Below are positions 37,852 through 47,597 of a stretch of 64,000 nt of DNA, in pieces; positions within the stretch are counted from its first letter, which is position 1; every line of letters begins with the position of its first letter. This DNA comes from Promethearchaeota archaeon (GTDB lineage Archaea; Asgardarchaeota; Lokiarchaeia; Sigyniarchaeales; SOKP01), in the NCBI GenBank assembly GCA_048939015.1, contig JBHLPW010000002.1, positions 64,001-128,000 on the forward strand, written 5' to 3'. A program made the translations under genes and the position numbers. The notes beneath the pieces were generated by a model. It made no database searches, was not told the origin of the DNA, and worked only from the letters and a program-made list of their open reading frames with translations.

Positions 37852-40449
37852 TTGAAAATAAATACCAAAATTAAAATTCTAATTGTATGTTTAGTAGAAT
37901 TTCTGTTTATATTGCCTGTTTTTTTCAGCTCAACTTATTTATCTACAAAACCAAATGAAAAATTTGTCATAAATAATGGATTAAACACTTCAGGCTCTAT
38001 GGGTTTGATATTGCAAAATAATTATATTTATGATTACCCTAACACTCAATCAGAATGGTGGGGCAATGCTGAGGCAGTAATGAATCCTTCAAATCAAATT
38101 GTAGATGGGTTTTTTGTCAGCCGTTCTGCCGGAGATTATTATTCAAACCAAAAAAGAGGTTTACTAATTAGATTCGATGTCAATGGAACTGTAGAATGGC
38201 TAAGAACAACTAAAAACTCAACATACATAGCAGCTATGGTTGCCGCTTTGCCTAATGAAACAAGCGTTTTGGGAGCCTATCATTATAATTATGAGAATAT
38301 TGATTATTTCAGCTTCGATAAAGATGGGAATTCAATCTACAACTGGACATATGATCCATTGGAAAATATAACATTAGTATCTATGAAATGGTCTAATGGA
38401 TTGTGGGCAGTAGGTGATATTGAAACACCCACTAAAGGGATTTTCATAAGAAAAATGGAGTATACTAATGGATCCACATTAGCTTCAAATATTTGGAATT
38501 TAGGGGTGGATACACATGTCGTGGGTATCTGTTCTGATAACAGTGGCGGTTTATTTATTACTGGTTGGATTTTAAATAATTCTAAACATCAATTATTCAT
38601 TGCACACTCAAATTCATCAGGTAATATAGTGAGTTCAAATATAATTTATGATGATCTTCTTAATGTTAGAGGAGTAGCATGTACCTATAATGGAACTCAA
38701 GTTTACGTTGTTGGAATGTATCAAAATGGAATATCTGAAGACAAATATAATACTTATTTATGGTCTTTCAATAGCACTTGTAGCCTAATAGGGTCAGTTT
38801 TGCTTACCTCTGAAGCAAAATATGGGATAGGATATTATTCTAAAGGTGAAGATACAAGTTGGATTTATTTTAACTATGATATTAAAATTTTGAATTCAAG
38901 TACCAATTATTTAATAATATCTGATGTGATAGAGAAAGACTATGCCAATACAATGATCCATCTTTTAGATTCTTCCCTAAATGAAATTGATTATTTTGAA
39001 TACAAATCTGATACAGAATCCGTGAGCTATCATGATTCTTGCGGAAAAATAGTCATTACTGAGTATTGGAGCTTATTTTCTATAATGTTTAGTTCTGTAA
39101 CCTATTCTGATCATCCCTATATTCGGATGGTAGAATATTCACTTGACATTGTTGATAAACCGATTAATATAATTGGAGATGCTGCTGGTATCGATGCTCA
39201 TAATTGGACATGGGCAGTTTCCCAAGATTGGTGCAATGGGTCAGGTACTTCTTCTGATCCTTATATAATAGAAGACTTACTGATAGATGGCAGAGGAATG
39301 GGGAGTTGTATTCTAATTGTCAATTCGAGTGTGCACTTTAAGATTGAAAATTGTACTCTTTATAATACAGGGGGAAGTTGGGATGATGTGGGAATTTATC
39401 TCGAAAATGTTCAAAATGGACAAGTAGTTGAAAATATTATTTATGACGCTTCTAATGGTATACTCTTGGAACATAGTAATTATAACAATATTATTGGAAA
39501 TTCCATTAGTCAGAATCGACTCGATGGCATAAGAATAGACAATAGTGATCATAACTATATTTTTGGAAATACAGTGTCCAACAATGGTGAACAGGGAATT
39601 CATCTATACTTTAGTGATTATAATACTATTTCTGAAAACACTGCAAATTCCAATTCTCATGGGATCCATTTATACTATAGTAACTATAATGATATCACAG
39701 AAAACAACCTAAGGTATAATTCTATTGGTATTTATCGATATTATGGTAATGGTAACAATATTTCAAATAATAATTTTATCGGTAATGGAGAGAATATTAG
39801 CGAAATTCCAAATTATGATTGGGATTGGGATTGGGATGACTGGGATCCCTGGCCTGATGATGATCCATATAACCCATTAGCTGCTATTGCTGGTTTTGCT
39901 TTTTTTGTTATAATCATAATAGTTGCTATTGCAGTGAAAGCAAGTGGAAGGACTTCTCAAAGAAATGTAGAAAATCTATCATATTTGAAAAAATATAAAA
40001 CTTCAAGGACCATACCCCAAGTTAAAGTAAAAGAAGTTAGTTCACAACCTTCCTTAATTAAAAAAGAAGTAGAATTAATTAAAAATTGTCCTTATTGTGA
40101 TCAGGAACTTTATTTAGACGCAAAATTCTGTAGGAAATGTGGTAAAAGACTCGAAAAAGAACCAATAGGTTCTCAAAAAACACCTTTAGAAGTTCCATTA
40201 GCCCCCCGAATTCCAGAAAAAGAAGATGCTAAAATAATTCCATTAATTCCTCCAATAGAATATGAAAAACTACACAGCAAAAAAATAGAGTCTTCACCAA
40301 AAATTGAAAAACAACCTGCTCAGTCTGCTTTTGATACAGAGCAAGAGAAAATTATAGTAAAACCTCATTTTTGTGAGTTCTGTGGAATGGAATTAAATAA
40401 GGATGCAGTATTTTGTCCCCAGTGTGGTACTAAGATAAAAAAAAAGTAA
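37852..40449 (+). CDS. Single-pass surface protein: beta-propeller-like region + NosD/CASH beta-helix + TM + two cytoplasmic double zinc ribbons
   Basis: Signal-like N-terminus; GI.L..S.YN.I..N repeats; TM LAAIAGFAFFVIIIIVAIAV; CPYC..CRKC and CEFC..CPQC. Confidence 0.85.
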   Translation: MKINTKIKILIVCLVEFLFILPVFFSSTYLSTKPNEKFVINNGLNTSGSMGLILQNNYIYDYPNTQSEWWGNAEAVMNPSNQIVDGFFVSRSAGDYYSNQKRGLLIRFDVNGTVEWLRTTKNSTYIAAMVAALPNETSVLGAYHYNYENIDYFSFDKDGNSIYNWTYDPLENITLVSMKWSNGLWAVGDIETPTKGIFIRKMEYTNGSTLASNIWNLGVDTHVVGICSDNSGGLFITGWILNNSKHQLFIAHSNSSGNIVSSNIIYDDLLNVRGVACTYNGTQVYVVGMYQNGISEDKYNTYLWSFNSTCSLIGSVLLTSEAKYGIGYYSKGEDTSWIYFNYDIKILNSSTNYLIISDVIEKDYANTMIHLLDSSLNEIDYFEYKSDTESVSYHDSCGKIVITEYWSLFSIMFSSVTYSDHPYIRMVEYSLDIVDKPINIIGDAAGIDAHNWTWAVSQDWCNGSGTSSDPYIIEDLLIDGRGMGSCILIVNSSVHFKIENCTLYNTGGSWDDVGIYLENVQNGQVVENIIYDASNGILLEHSNYNNIIGNSISQNRLDGIRIDNSDHNYIFGNTVSNNGEQGIHLYFSDYNTISENTANSNSHGIHLYYSNYNDITENNLRYNSIGIYRYYGNGNNISNNNFIGNGENISEIPNYDWDWDWDDWDPWPDDDPYNPLAAIAGFAFFVIIIIVAIAVKASGRTSQRNVENLSYLKKYKTSRTIPQVKVKEVSSQPSLIKKEVELIKNCPYCDQELYLDAKFCRKCGKRLEKEPIGSQKTPLEVPLAPRIPEKEDAKIIPLIPPIEYEKLHSKKIESSPKIEKQPAQSAFDTEQEKIIVKPHFCEFCGMELNKDAVFCPQCGTKIKKK
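39817..39846 (+). repeat. (GATTGG)3 plus degenerate copies encoding a DWDWDWDDWD linker
   Basis: gattgggattgggattgggatgactgggat read directly. Confidence 0.85.
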
Positions 40450-40591
40450 TCCGCAAAAACTCACAATAATTTTATTATTTAATCCTGCGAACTTTTAAAT
40501 AATTTTAAGTTAGAGAGTTTTAGTCTTTTATTAATTGTTAATTCATAAAGTTTTAGTTCTTATAATTTTTAATCCAAATTAAGTGATTTAA

Positions 40592-41122
40592 ATGAAAATA
40601 TTGGTTGCTTATTTCTCAAACACAGGAAATACTGAAAAAGTAGCAAAAGCCATAAAAGAAGGAATAACTGAACATGAAGTGGATCTCTTAAATATAAAAA
40701 AAGCTGATCCAAATTCAATGGGCCCATACGATCTTGCTTTCATAGGTTCAGGTCTCTATGCATTTAATGTTAATCGGAAAGTTCCAACTTTTCTTAAAAA
40801 AATTCCTTCACCTCCCCCTAAGTTCGCATATTTCTATACACATGAAAATCCTCAACAAGGAGCATATCCAGACTGTTTTAAATCGGTGAATACAATTATA
40901 GAGAAAAGTGATTGTGAAGTATTGGGTACTTTCGATTGTTGTGGAGAAAATTTAGTCGAAAAGGCAAAAGAACAAAGAGAAGCTATGATGAGTAGATTAT
41001 CACCAGAAGAAAGAAAGAAATCTGAGGAGGATTGGTTAAATTTGGTTAAGGGACATCCTGACGTGCAAGATCTTGAGAATGCTAAGATTTTTGCCGCCTC
41101 TATAGTAAATAAACTTACCTAA
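40592..41122 (+). CDS. Flavodoxin family protein
   Basis: ILVAYFSNTGNTEKVA; GHPD..DLENAK.FA. Confidence 0.88.
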   Translation: MKILVAYFSNTGNTEKVAKAIKEGITEHEVDLLNIKKADPNSMGPYDLAFIGSGLYAFNVNRKVPTFLKKIPSPPPKFAYFYTHENPQQGAYPDCFKSVNTIIEKSDCEVLGTFDCCGENLVEKAKEQREAMMSRLSPEERKKSEEDWLNLVKGHPDVQDLENAKIFAASIVNKLT

Positions 41123-41348
41123 TATTCTTTTTTTTTATCATTTTAATAGGCTTAGAAAGTCTCGGATCTTTTTTTAAAAGCCTTTTTACAGATTTGTTAA
41201 ATTTATTACTTTCTTTTTTCAAAAAATCATTTCTGAGATCACTCATTTTATAGAGAGAGATTTTTAAGATTAACAAATAACCTTTAAAATTTTGATAATT
41301 TATTTTTAATATCTACAATCTATTCAAAATATAAATAAACAACTAGTT

Positions 41349-43283
41349 GTGAAAAACATGAGTAAAATTAAGGAAATACCTGTTCCTGATAAAGTTAAAG
41401 GTTTTACACAAGTTCGGCTCGATGTTGATTTAACAGATGGAAAGATCAGCAAATCTACGCTATCCAATGAATTTTGTCGAGATTGGGTAGGAGGTTATGG
41501 TTTCGGTGCTAAAGTTCTTTGGGATGAATGTCCTACAGGAGTCGATCCTTTAAGTCCTGAAAACGTATTTGTATATGCTCACGGTCCATTTCCAGGAACA
41601 ATACTTCCTACAAGTTCCAAATATGGTGTATTTGCGAAGTCTCCATTGACAGGAATGTTTGGTATGGCAATATCTTCTGGGTCAGTTGGAGCTCAAGCTC
41701 GACGTGCCGGAATAAATATGATCGTAGTCAAGGGTAAAGCTCCAGAGCCCGTTTATATGGTAGTTGATGATGATGATTATTATTTAGTACCATGTAAAGA
41801 TACAATATGGGGTAAAGGTTGCTGGGAAACAGAGGAACTTTTAAGGGAAGAATTTCAAGATCAACGACTTGGGATAATGAGCATTGGTCCTGGAGGTGAA
41901 CGTGGTAGTCATATGGGATGTATCACCAATGATCGCAATAGACAAGCTGGGAGAACTGGAATGGGTGCTGTTATGGGTTCAAAAAATCTTAAGGCAATAT
42001 GTTTTAGAGGAACCAAAGGGATAAGTGTAGCTCACCCTGTTGAGTTCTTTAAATTAGCTAAAAAGCTAATTAAAGTCGCAAATGGACCTGCTACCGCTAA
42101 ATATCGTGATTTAGGTACCCCTGCTGGAATAACAAGTTATAATAAGCTTGGAATGATGCCTACTTTCAATCATCGTGAAGGTACTTGGGATAAAGTTGAT
42201 GATGGAACCTTTACAGGGGATACACTCAATCAAGATTGGGTTGTAAAGAAGGTAGCATGTTCTCAATGCTCAATTGGATGTGATCATATTACTAAAGTAC
42301 CAAAAGATCATCCTCATTGGCCAAATCTTTATTCAAGTATAGACCAAGAATTATGTTATAGTTTTGGAAGCGCATGTGGAAATTATGATTGGCCATCAGT
42401 GTTCAAATGCGTATCATTAACAGATGATTTGGGCATAGATGCGATAAGTGGCGGAGTTACTGCAGCTATGGCATGCGAATTATTCGAGGAGGGTATAATT
42501 ACTAAAGAAGATTTAGGATATGAGCTTCCTTTTGGGTCAACAGTAAATCTTGTTAGATTTACTGAAGAGATGATTCTTGGTAAAGGTTTTGCAGGGAAAA
42601 TTTTTGGAGATGGGACACGAGAGGCTGGAAAACGATTAGAGGAAATGGGTAGAAAAAATGCAAGTTATTATGGTATGCATATTAAAGGATTAGAAATACC
42701 CGCTTTTGATGTTCATGGCATGAATTCATTCGCAGTTGGAATGAGTGTATCAATTCGCGGTGCGTGTCATTTAAGAAATGGTTCTTATGGTCTTGATGCT
42801 AAAGGGAATTTTGATAGATTCGCTTATGACAAACCTCTTGAAAGAGGTAAAGCAATCAAAAATTTAGAGGATATCTATGCTATAATTGATTCATATATTG
42901 TATGTAAATTTACTCGCGGTATATATGAAAATGATGCAGAAATGGCTAAAGTATTTGAATTAGTTACAGGAATCCCCGTAACTGATGAATTCATACAACA
43001 TAGAGGAGATGCAATTCTTAACCTCTCAAAATGCTTTAACATAAGAGAAGGATGGACAAGAGATGATGACAGACCCCCTGAAAGATTTTTCAAACAAGCT
43101 CATACAAAGGGACCAGCAAAAGGAGTTACCTTAAAAGAAGACGGTTATCAAAAGCTTTTGAGTGGTTATTATGAAGCACGAGGTTGGGATACTAAAACTG
43201 GAATTCCAACTGATGAAACATTAAAGTCGCTTGGATTAGATTTTGTAATCGGTAAATTAAAGCCTGCTGGAGGTAAAAAATAG
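41349..43283 (+). CDS. aor: Aldehyde:ferredoxin oxidoreductase family, catalytic subunit
   Basis: KSPLTG, AGRTGMGAVMGSKNLKAI, CSQC.IGC, GIDAIS, KGLE.PAFD, RGACH, YY.ARGWD; probable start ATG 41358. Confidence 0.93.
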   Translation: MKNMSKIKEIPVPDKVKGFTQVRLDVDLTDGKISKSTLSNEFCRDWVGGYGFGAKVLWDECPTGVDPLSPENVFVYAHGPFPGTILPTSSKYGVFAKSPLTGMFGMAISSGSVGAQARRAGINMIVVKGKAPEPVYMVVDDDDYYLVPCKDTIWGKGCWETEELLREEFQDQRLGIMSIGPGGERGSHMGCITNDRNRQAGRTGMGAVMGSKNLKAICFRGTKGISVAHPVEFFKLAKKLIKVANGPATAKYRDLGTPAGITSYNKLGMMPTFNHREGTWDKVDDGTFTGDTLNQDWVVKKVACSQCSIGCDHITKVPKDHPHWPNLYSSIDQELCYSFGSACGNYDWPSVFKCVSLTDDLGIDAISGGVTAAMACELFEEGIITKEDLGYELPFGSTVNLVRFTEEMILGKGFAGKIFGDGTREAGKRLEEMGRKNASYYGMHIKGLEIPAFDVHGMNSFAVGMSVSIRGACHLRNGSYGLDAKGNFDRFAYDKPLERGKAIKNLEDIYAIIDSYIVCKFTRGIYENDAEMAKVFELVTGIPVTDEFIQHRGDAILNLSKCFNIREGWTRDDDRPPERFFKQAHTKGPAKGVTLKEDGYQKLLSGYYEARGWDTKTGIPTDETLKSLGLDFVIGKLKPAGGKK

Positions 43284-43838
43284 ATGTCAAAAGCTACTAA
43301 GAAGAGAGGTGGAGTAGTTCACCAATTCATAATTGTCGATCCGAATTTATGTACTGGATGTGAAACCTGCGAATCAGTCTGCTCATTTGTCCATGATGGT
43401 GAATTTAATCCAATTAACACGAGAATTCACAGAGTAAGGATTGAACCTATATTAAATGTTGCACTAGCATGTCAAAAGTGTGATGATGCTCCATGTGTTC
43501 GAAGTTGTCCTGAAAAGGCTTTGGAACAAAATAAAGAAACGGGTTCCATTATCGTTGATGATGATAAATGTAATGGATGCGCTTTTTGTATCCGCGCATG
43601 TGATTTCGGTGTATTAAGTTTACATATACAATCTCAGAAGGCTCTAATTTGTGATCTTTGCGAGACCATGAAAGATGATTATATTGATTCCGAACGAGGA
43701 GAAAAATACCCCGCTTGTATTGATGTTTGTCCAAAGGAAGCTATCTCACTAAAAGATGTAGAACAAATCGGTGAAGAGAAGCGAATTGATGCTGTAAAAC
43801 GACTCTTCGGTGAGATTTTAGAGGAAACTAAAGCTTAA
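43284..43838 (+). CDS. 4x[4Fe-4S] (DmsB/HycB-like) electron-transfer subunit of the AOR
   Basis: CTGCETCESVC, CQKCDDAPCVRSCP, CNGCAFCIRAC, CDLC..PACIDVCP; abuts the aor stop. Confidence 0.92.
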   Translation: MSKATKKRGGVVHQFIIVDPNLCTGCETCESVCSFVHDGEFNPINTRIHRVRIEPILNVALACQKCDDAPCVRSCPEKALEQNKETGSIIVDDDKCNGCAFCIRACDFGVLSLHIQSQKALICDLCETMKDDYIDSERGEKYPACIDVCPKEAISLKDVEQIGEEKRIDAVKRLFGEILEETKA

Positions 43839-43961
43839 AACAATTTTTTTAAATTTCTTTTATTTTTATAAGTACTTTTTTATAAGTTCTTGAAGCGAGT
43901 AAATAAAATATTAAGAATATTCCTTTATTTATAGTGAAGGATTAAATATTCCTTCAATTAA

Positions 43962-44438
43962 ATGATAATTATGTACTCATTAAGAAAAGCTAATCTGAAT
44001 GATATTGACAAATTAATAGAATTTCGAATTGAATTTTTGAAGGAAATTCAAGAATATCCGCCCTATAAGGAATTCGAGATATTTCAAAACTCTTTAAAAG
44101 AATATTTATTAACTAAAATGAAAAATAATAAGTTTGTTGCATGGTTTGCTGAGTACGAAAATGAAATAATTGCTACAAGCGGATTGTCGTTTCTCCAAAA
44201 ACCACCTCATTTCATCAACATAACAGGTAAATTTGCCTATATCATGAATATGTATACTAATCCTGAATGGCGTAGAAAAGGTATTGGTTCAGCATTACTA
44301 GAGAAATTGTTTGAAGAAATAAAACAAAAAGGGATACATTCAGTTGTTCTACATGCGACTCCATCTGGGAGGTTTTTATACGAGAAATATGGTTTTAGAG
44401 AAAATGAGGGAGATAAAGAAATGATCTTAAAATTATAA
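43962..44438 (+). CDS. GNAT family N-acetyltransferase
   Basis: NMYT.PEWRRKGIG; LHAT..GR.LYEKYGF. Confidence 0.9.
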   Translation: MIIMYSLRKANLNDIDKLIEFRIEFLKEIQEYPPYKEFEIFQNSLKEYLLTKMKNNKFVAWFAEYENEIIATSGLSFLQKPPHFINITGKFAYIMNMYTNPEWRRKGIGSALLEKLFEEIKQKGIHSVVLHATPSGRFLYEKYGFRENEGDKEMILKL

Positions 44439-44575
44439 ATATACATCTATAAAAAATTCTAGCCCTTGAGAAGACGGAAATCTTTATAAATGAATAAGTT
44501 GAAATTTGAATCGGAGATATTCAATTTTTAAAATTTTCATATCTTCATTAATAATGAAATTTACGTGATGGTCTA

Positions 44576-45223
44576 ATGAGTGATTCAAGTACGTTAGATA
44601 AATTAAAAAAAGCAGTTCTTGAAGGAGATGATGAAATCGCCCAAGGACTAGCTAAAAAAGCACTAAAGGAAAAAATAGAGCCGCTTAAAATAGTAAGTGA
44701 AGGTATTGTTCCAGGAATACAAGAAGCAGGTGAATTGTGGAAACAGAATGTGTATTTTCATACAGATATAATATTATGTGCTGAAGCTTTCCGATTGGCT
44801 ATGGAAATCATAGAACCAAAATTGTCAGCGGGAGCGCTTGCAAAATCAGGGAAAATTGTAATGGGAACAGTAGCAGGAGATATGCATAATCTTGGTAAGA
44901 TTATGGTTAACGCAACTTTACGAGGCGGAGGCTTTGAAGTTATTGATCTAGGGGAAGATGTATCTCAAGATACTTTTATACAAAAAGTAAAAGAATTGAA
45001 TCCTAACATTTTGGGATTAGGTTGTTATATGTCAACCACGATGTTAGAAATGAAAGAAATTATGAGCAGACTTAATAATGAAGGTTTAAGAGATAAAATT
45101 AAAGTAATGATAGGTGGTGTCCCCTGTACCCAAGAATATGCTAACGAAATAGGTGCTGATGCTTGGGGTAAAGATGCATTTGATGCTGTAGAAAAAGCAA
45201 AGAAATTGATGGGGGTGTCTTAA
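44576..45223 (+). CDS. Methyltransferase cognate corrinoid protein (MtaC/MtbC-like)
   Basis: GTVAGDMHNLGK (DxHxxG), GFEVIDLG.DV, KVMIGG.P, IGAD.W..DA. Confidence 0.93.
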   Translation: MSDSSTLDKLKKAVLEGDDEIAQGLAKKALKEKIEPLKIVSEGIVPGIQEAGELWKQNVYFHTDIILCAEAFRLAMEIIEPKLSAGALAKSGKIVMGTVAGDMHNLGKIMVNATLRGGGFEVIDLGEDVSQDTFIQKVKELNPNILGLGCYMSTTMLEMKEIMSRLNNEGLRDKIKVMIGGVPCTQEYANEIGADAWGKDAFDAVEKAKKLMGVS

Positions 45224-45224
45224 A

Positions 45225-46805
45225 GTGTCTCAGACAGGAGAAGTTAAAAAAGACATAGGTAGTTTAATTTCAAGAGGAGATACAGGTGCATTAACTATTG
45301 GAGCTCAATGTCATGATCATGTAATGTATCTTACAAAATCACCTGCTAAAAAATTCTATAGTGATTTTGCCTTTAATTATGAAATGGGTGAGATAGTAGG
45401 GCGTTATTATAATTTAGATAGTCCCGCAGGAGGTCATGATATATATGATCTTGAAGTAGAAGCATTAGGTGGAAAGTTAATTTATGGTGAAAATTCGATG
45501 CCTACTATTGATTTTCGTGAACCATTAATTAAGAGTCCAGAAGATCTTAAAAAACTGAAAATGAAAAAAGTTGATTTCCATACAGCTGGTCGATATCCGT
45601 CATTAATGAAGTCGGGTGGATTAGTACAAGCCGATATGGCAATGGTTTCTTTTTGTTCACCCTTTAGTTTAGCTGTAGGATTGATGGGGTTTCCAGCACT
45701 TATTAAAGCGATGAGGAAACACCCAGATTTCGCTCATGATGTATTTAAATTTATCGTTGATGATGTATTAACCCCTTCGATTAAAGCTCAAAATGAAACT
45801 ATGGATGCTCTCATGGGAGTGGGAGCTGATGCTTGGGCTTGTGTACCAAATTTATCTCCGAAAGAAATGCAAGAATGGGTAGTCCCTTATAATCAAAGAC
45901 TTGAGGAGAACGTAAAAAAAATCGGAGTCACCACTATGAATGTAAGTGGGGATTATTGTGAAGAAAGGATAGAAAAATTTGATCCTAAAATCCTTCATGA
46001 TAGTTTTGATGTAGAAATTGCTAGCATGGGAGGAACTCCTGCCATATTTTTAGGTATGGGACGTTGGCATGAGTATCCCCTTGAAGCAGTTCGAAATTAC
46101 ACAGAAAAATTTCGCAAAAAAGGAATTCCTGTGACTGTAACTGCAGGTATAAACGCCCGATTACTACGTGATGGTCCAATTGATAAAATTGTAGATACTG
46201 TTAAGAGATATATTGATGCTTTTGCTCGTGATCATAATTTAAGTATTTTCCTCATGAATGTACCATATGATACTCCATCAGCTCATATTCATGCTGCTGT
46301 AGCTGCTACTCATACATATGGAAAATTACCGATCGCAAATAACTTGGATGACATAAATTTTGTGCTGCCAAAGAGAGAGTCTTTTGATGAATGGGTAAAT
46401 ACTGAAGAGGCGAAGAAAAAACCTCCAAAAGAAAAAGAGAGAAGGGGTCTAGCAGGATTACTATGGGGACAAATGGGGAAAATTAATAATAACCCTAAAT
46501 TTAAGGAACTATATGCAGATGCAAAGATGAGCTTCTTATATAATCTCACTGACCAACGATATGGTGCTTTAATTAAGGTAGAAAATGGAAGATTGGAAGT
46601 AGAACATGTGAGGAATGATGAGGAGACATTAAAAAGTCTGAAGGTAGATGCTTTACTCGCATGTCCAGCAGGTTTATTTTTTGATTTTAGTGCTGGTAAA
46701 TTATCTAAAGTTGCTATGATAGGTAAAATGCTTACTGGCAAGCTAAAAGTGAAAGGAGCGAAAAAAATGAAAGAACTGGGAAATATAATGGCTCTAATGA
46801 GCTAA
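45225..46805 (+). CDS. UroD/MtaA-family (corrinoid methyltransferase-like) protein with a C-terminal SCP2-like domain
   Basis: EVEALGG.L, GR.P, SPFSLA..L.G, P.F.H TIM-barrel motifs; C-terminal ~110 aa ending ML.GKLKVKG typical of SCP2; GTG start 1 nt after the corrinoid gene. Confidence 0.78.
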   Translation: MSQTGEVKKDIGSLISRGDTGALTIGAQCHDHVMYLTKSPAKKFYSDFAFNYEMGEIVGRYYNLDSPAGGHDIYDLEVEALGGKLIYGENSMPTIDFREPLIKSPEDLKKLKMKKVDFHTAGRYPSLMKSGGLVQADMAMVSFCSPFSLAVGLMGFPALIKAMRKHPDFAHDVFKFIVDDVLTPSIKAQNETMDALMGVGADAWACVPNLSPKEMQEWVVPYNQRLEENVKKIGVTTMNVSGDYCEERIEKFDPKILHDSFDVEIASMGGTPAIFLGMGRWHEYPLEAVRNYTEKFRKKGIPVTVTAGINARLLRDGPIDKIVDTVKRYIDAFARDHNLSIFLMNVPYDTPSAHIHAAVAATHTYGKLPIANNLDDINFVLPKRESFDEWVNTEEAKKKPPKEKERRGLAGLLWGQMGKINNNPKFKELYADAKMSFLYNLTDQRYGALIKVENGRLEVEHVRNDEETLKSLKVDALLACPAGLFFDFSAGKLSKVAMIGKMLTGKLKVKGAKKMKELGNIMALMS

Positions 46806-46814
46806 TTTTTTTTT
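46806..46814 (+). terminator. Oligo-T terminator candidate
   Basis: T9 directly after the stop, between convergent genes. Confidence 0.45.
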
Positions 46815-46849
46815 ATTATTATTTTTTATATAAAAAGAAGATGGTATAT

Positions 46850-47353
46850 TTATTCGATTTTTTTTATATCTCTTTTAAGAATTTTACCTAAAACTGCTCC
46901 AAGAACGGAAATACCTACCCCAATAAATGGAAGATAAAGCCCTGCTTGAATTTCATATGTACTCCAAAAGTTCATATTGGTATGTGAATAAAAACCATTT
47001 TGTATTCCTAAAATATATCCGATCAAAGTACTTAACTCTAAGAGTGCCAATATAATCCACAGATGTTCATTTTTAATAAAGACTTTTCTTCCTCTGTAAT
47101 CCAAAATTGCACTAATAATAAATAAAGCAGAACTTAAAGCTATTAGAATTGTAGTGATAATACTAGGAATAAACATTTCATTCGGTAACCAATCTAGCAC
47201 ATCGCCTGCTGTTACATGACGAATCCTTCCATTAATCCAAATATACTCTATCCAAGGCGAAGGACTATACCATACTGGAAACATAAACACCAGTAGAGAG
47301 ATTATTCCTCCTACTATAGGTAAGAGACAATTTAATTTCTTTATTTTGCTCAA
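46850..47353 (-). CDS. Four-TM membrane protein of unknown function
   Basis: Four hydrophobic segments; TTG start after GAGG. Confidence 0.75.
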   Translation of the reverse strand: MSKIKKLNCLLPIVGGIISLLVFMFPVWYSPSPWIEYIWINGRIRHVTAGDVLDWLPNEMFIPSIITTILIALSSALFIISAILDYRGRKVFIKNEHLWIILALLELSTLIGYILGIQNGFYSHTNMNFWSTYEIQAGLYLPFIGVGISVLGAVLGKILKRDIKKIE

Positions 47354-47411
47354 GATTTTAATTCCTCATTTATTTGTGCGATTTTATTATTTTTGATTTT
47401 TTTACAATTGA

Positions 47412-47470
47412 ACATGAAAATTCATAATTTATATTTAAATTTTAATCAGAATCACATGAAAATTCATAAT
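47412..47470. promoter_or_regulatory. Pair of identical 17-bp boxes (ACATGAAAATTCATAAT), putative transcription-factor operators
   Basis: Exact direct repeat at 47412-47428 and 47454-47470 (42-bp period), each with the dyad ATGAA-N2-TTCAT, in the divergent intergenic region before hdrA. Confidence 0.6.
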
Positions 47471-47597
47471 AATTGAGTTTTAATAATATAGACTATTTAC
47501 TTTATCATTAGTATTTCTGGGATTATTATGAAAAACTAATCCAAGAAATAATCGATCTGTAAAAGTTAGGAGGTTAGACTAACTAAAGGTGAGAGAT

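Noticed and set aside
47564-47584. AGTTAG/CTAACT hairpin just upstream of the hdrA RBS as a 5' SECIS or riboswitch
   Set aside because: Only 6 bp, with no AUGA/GA core or other recognisable motif.
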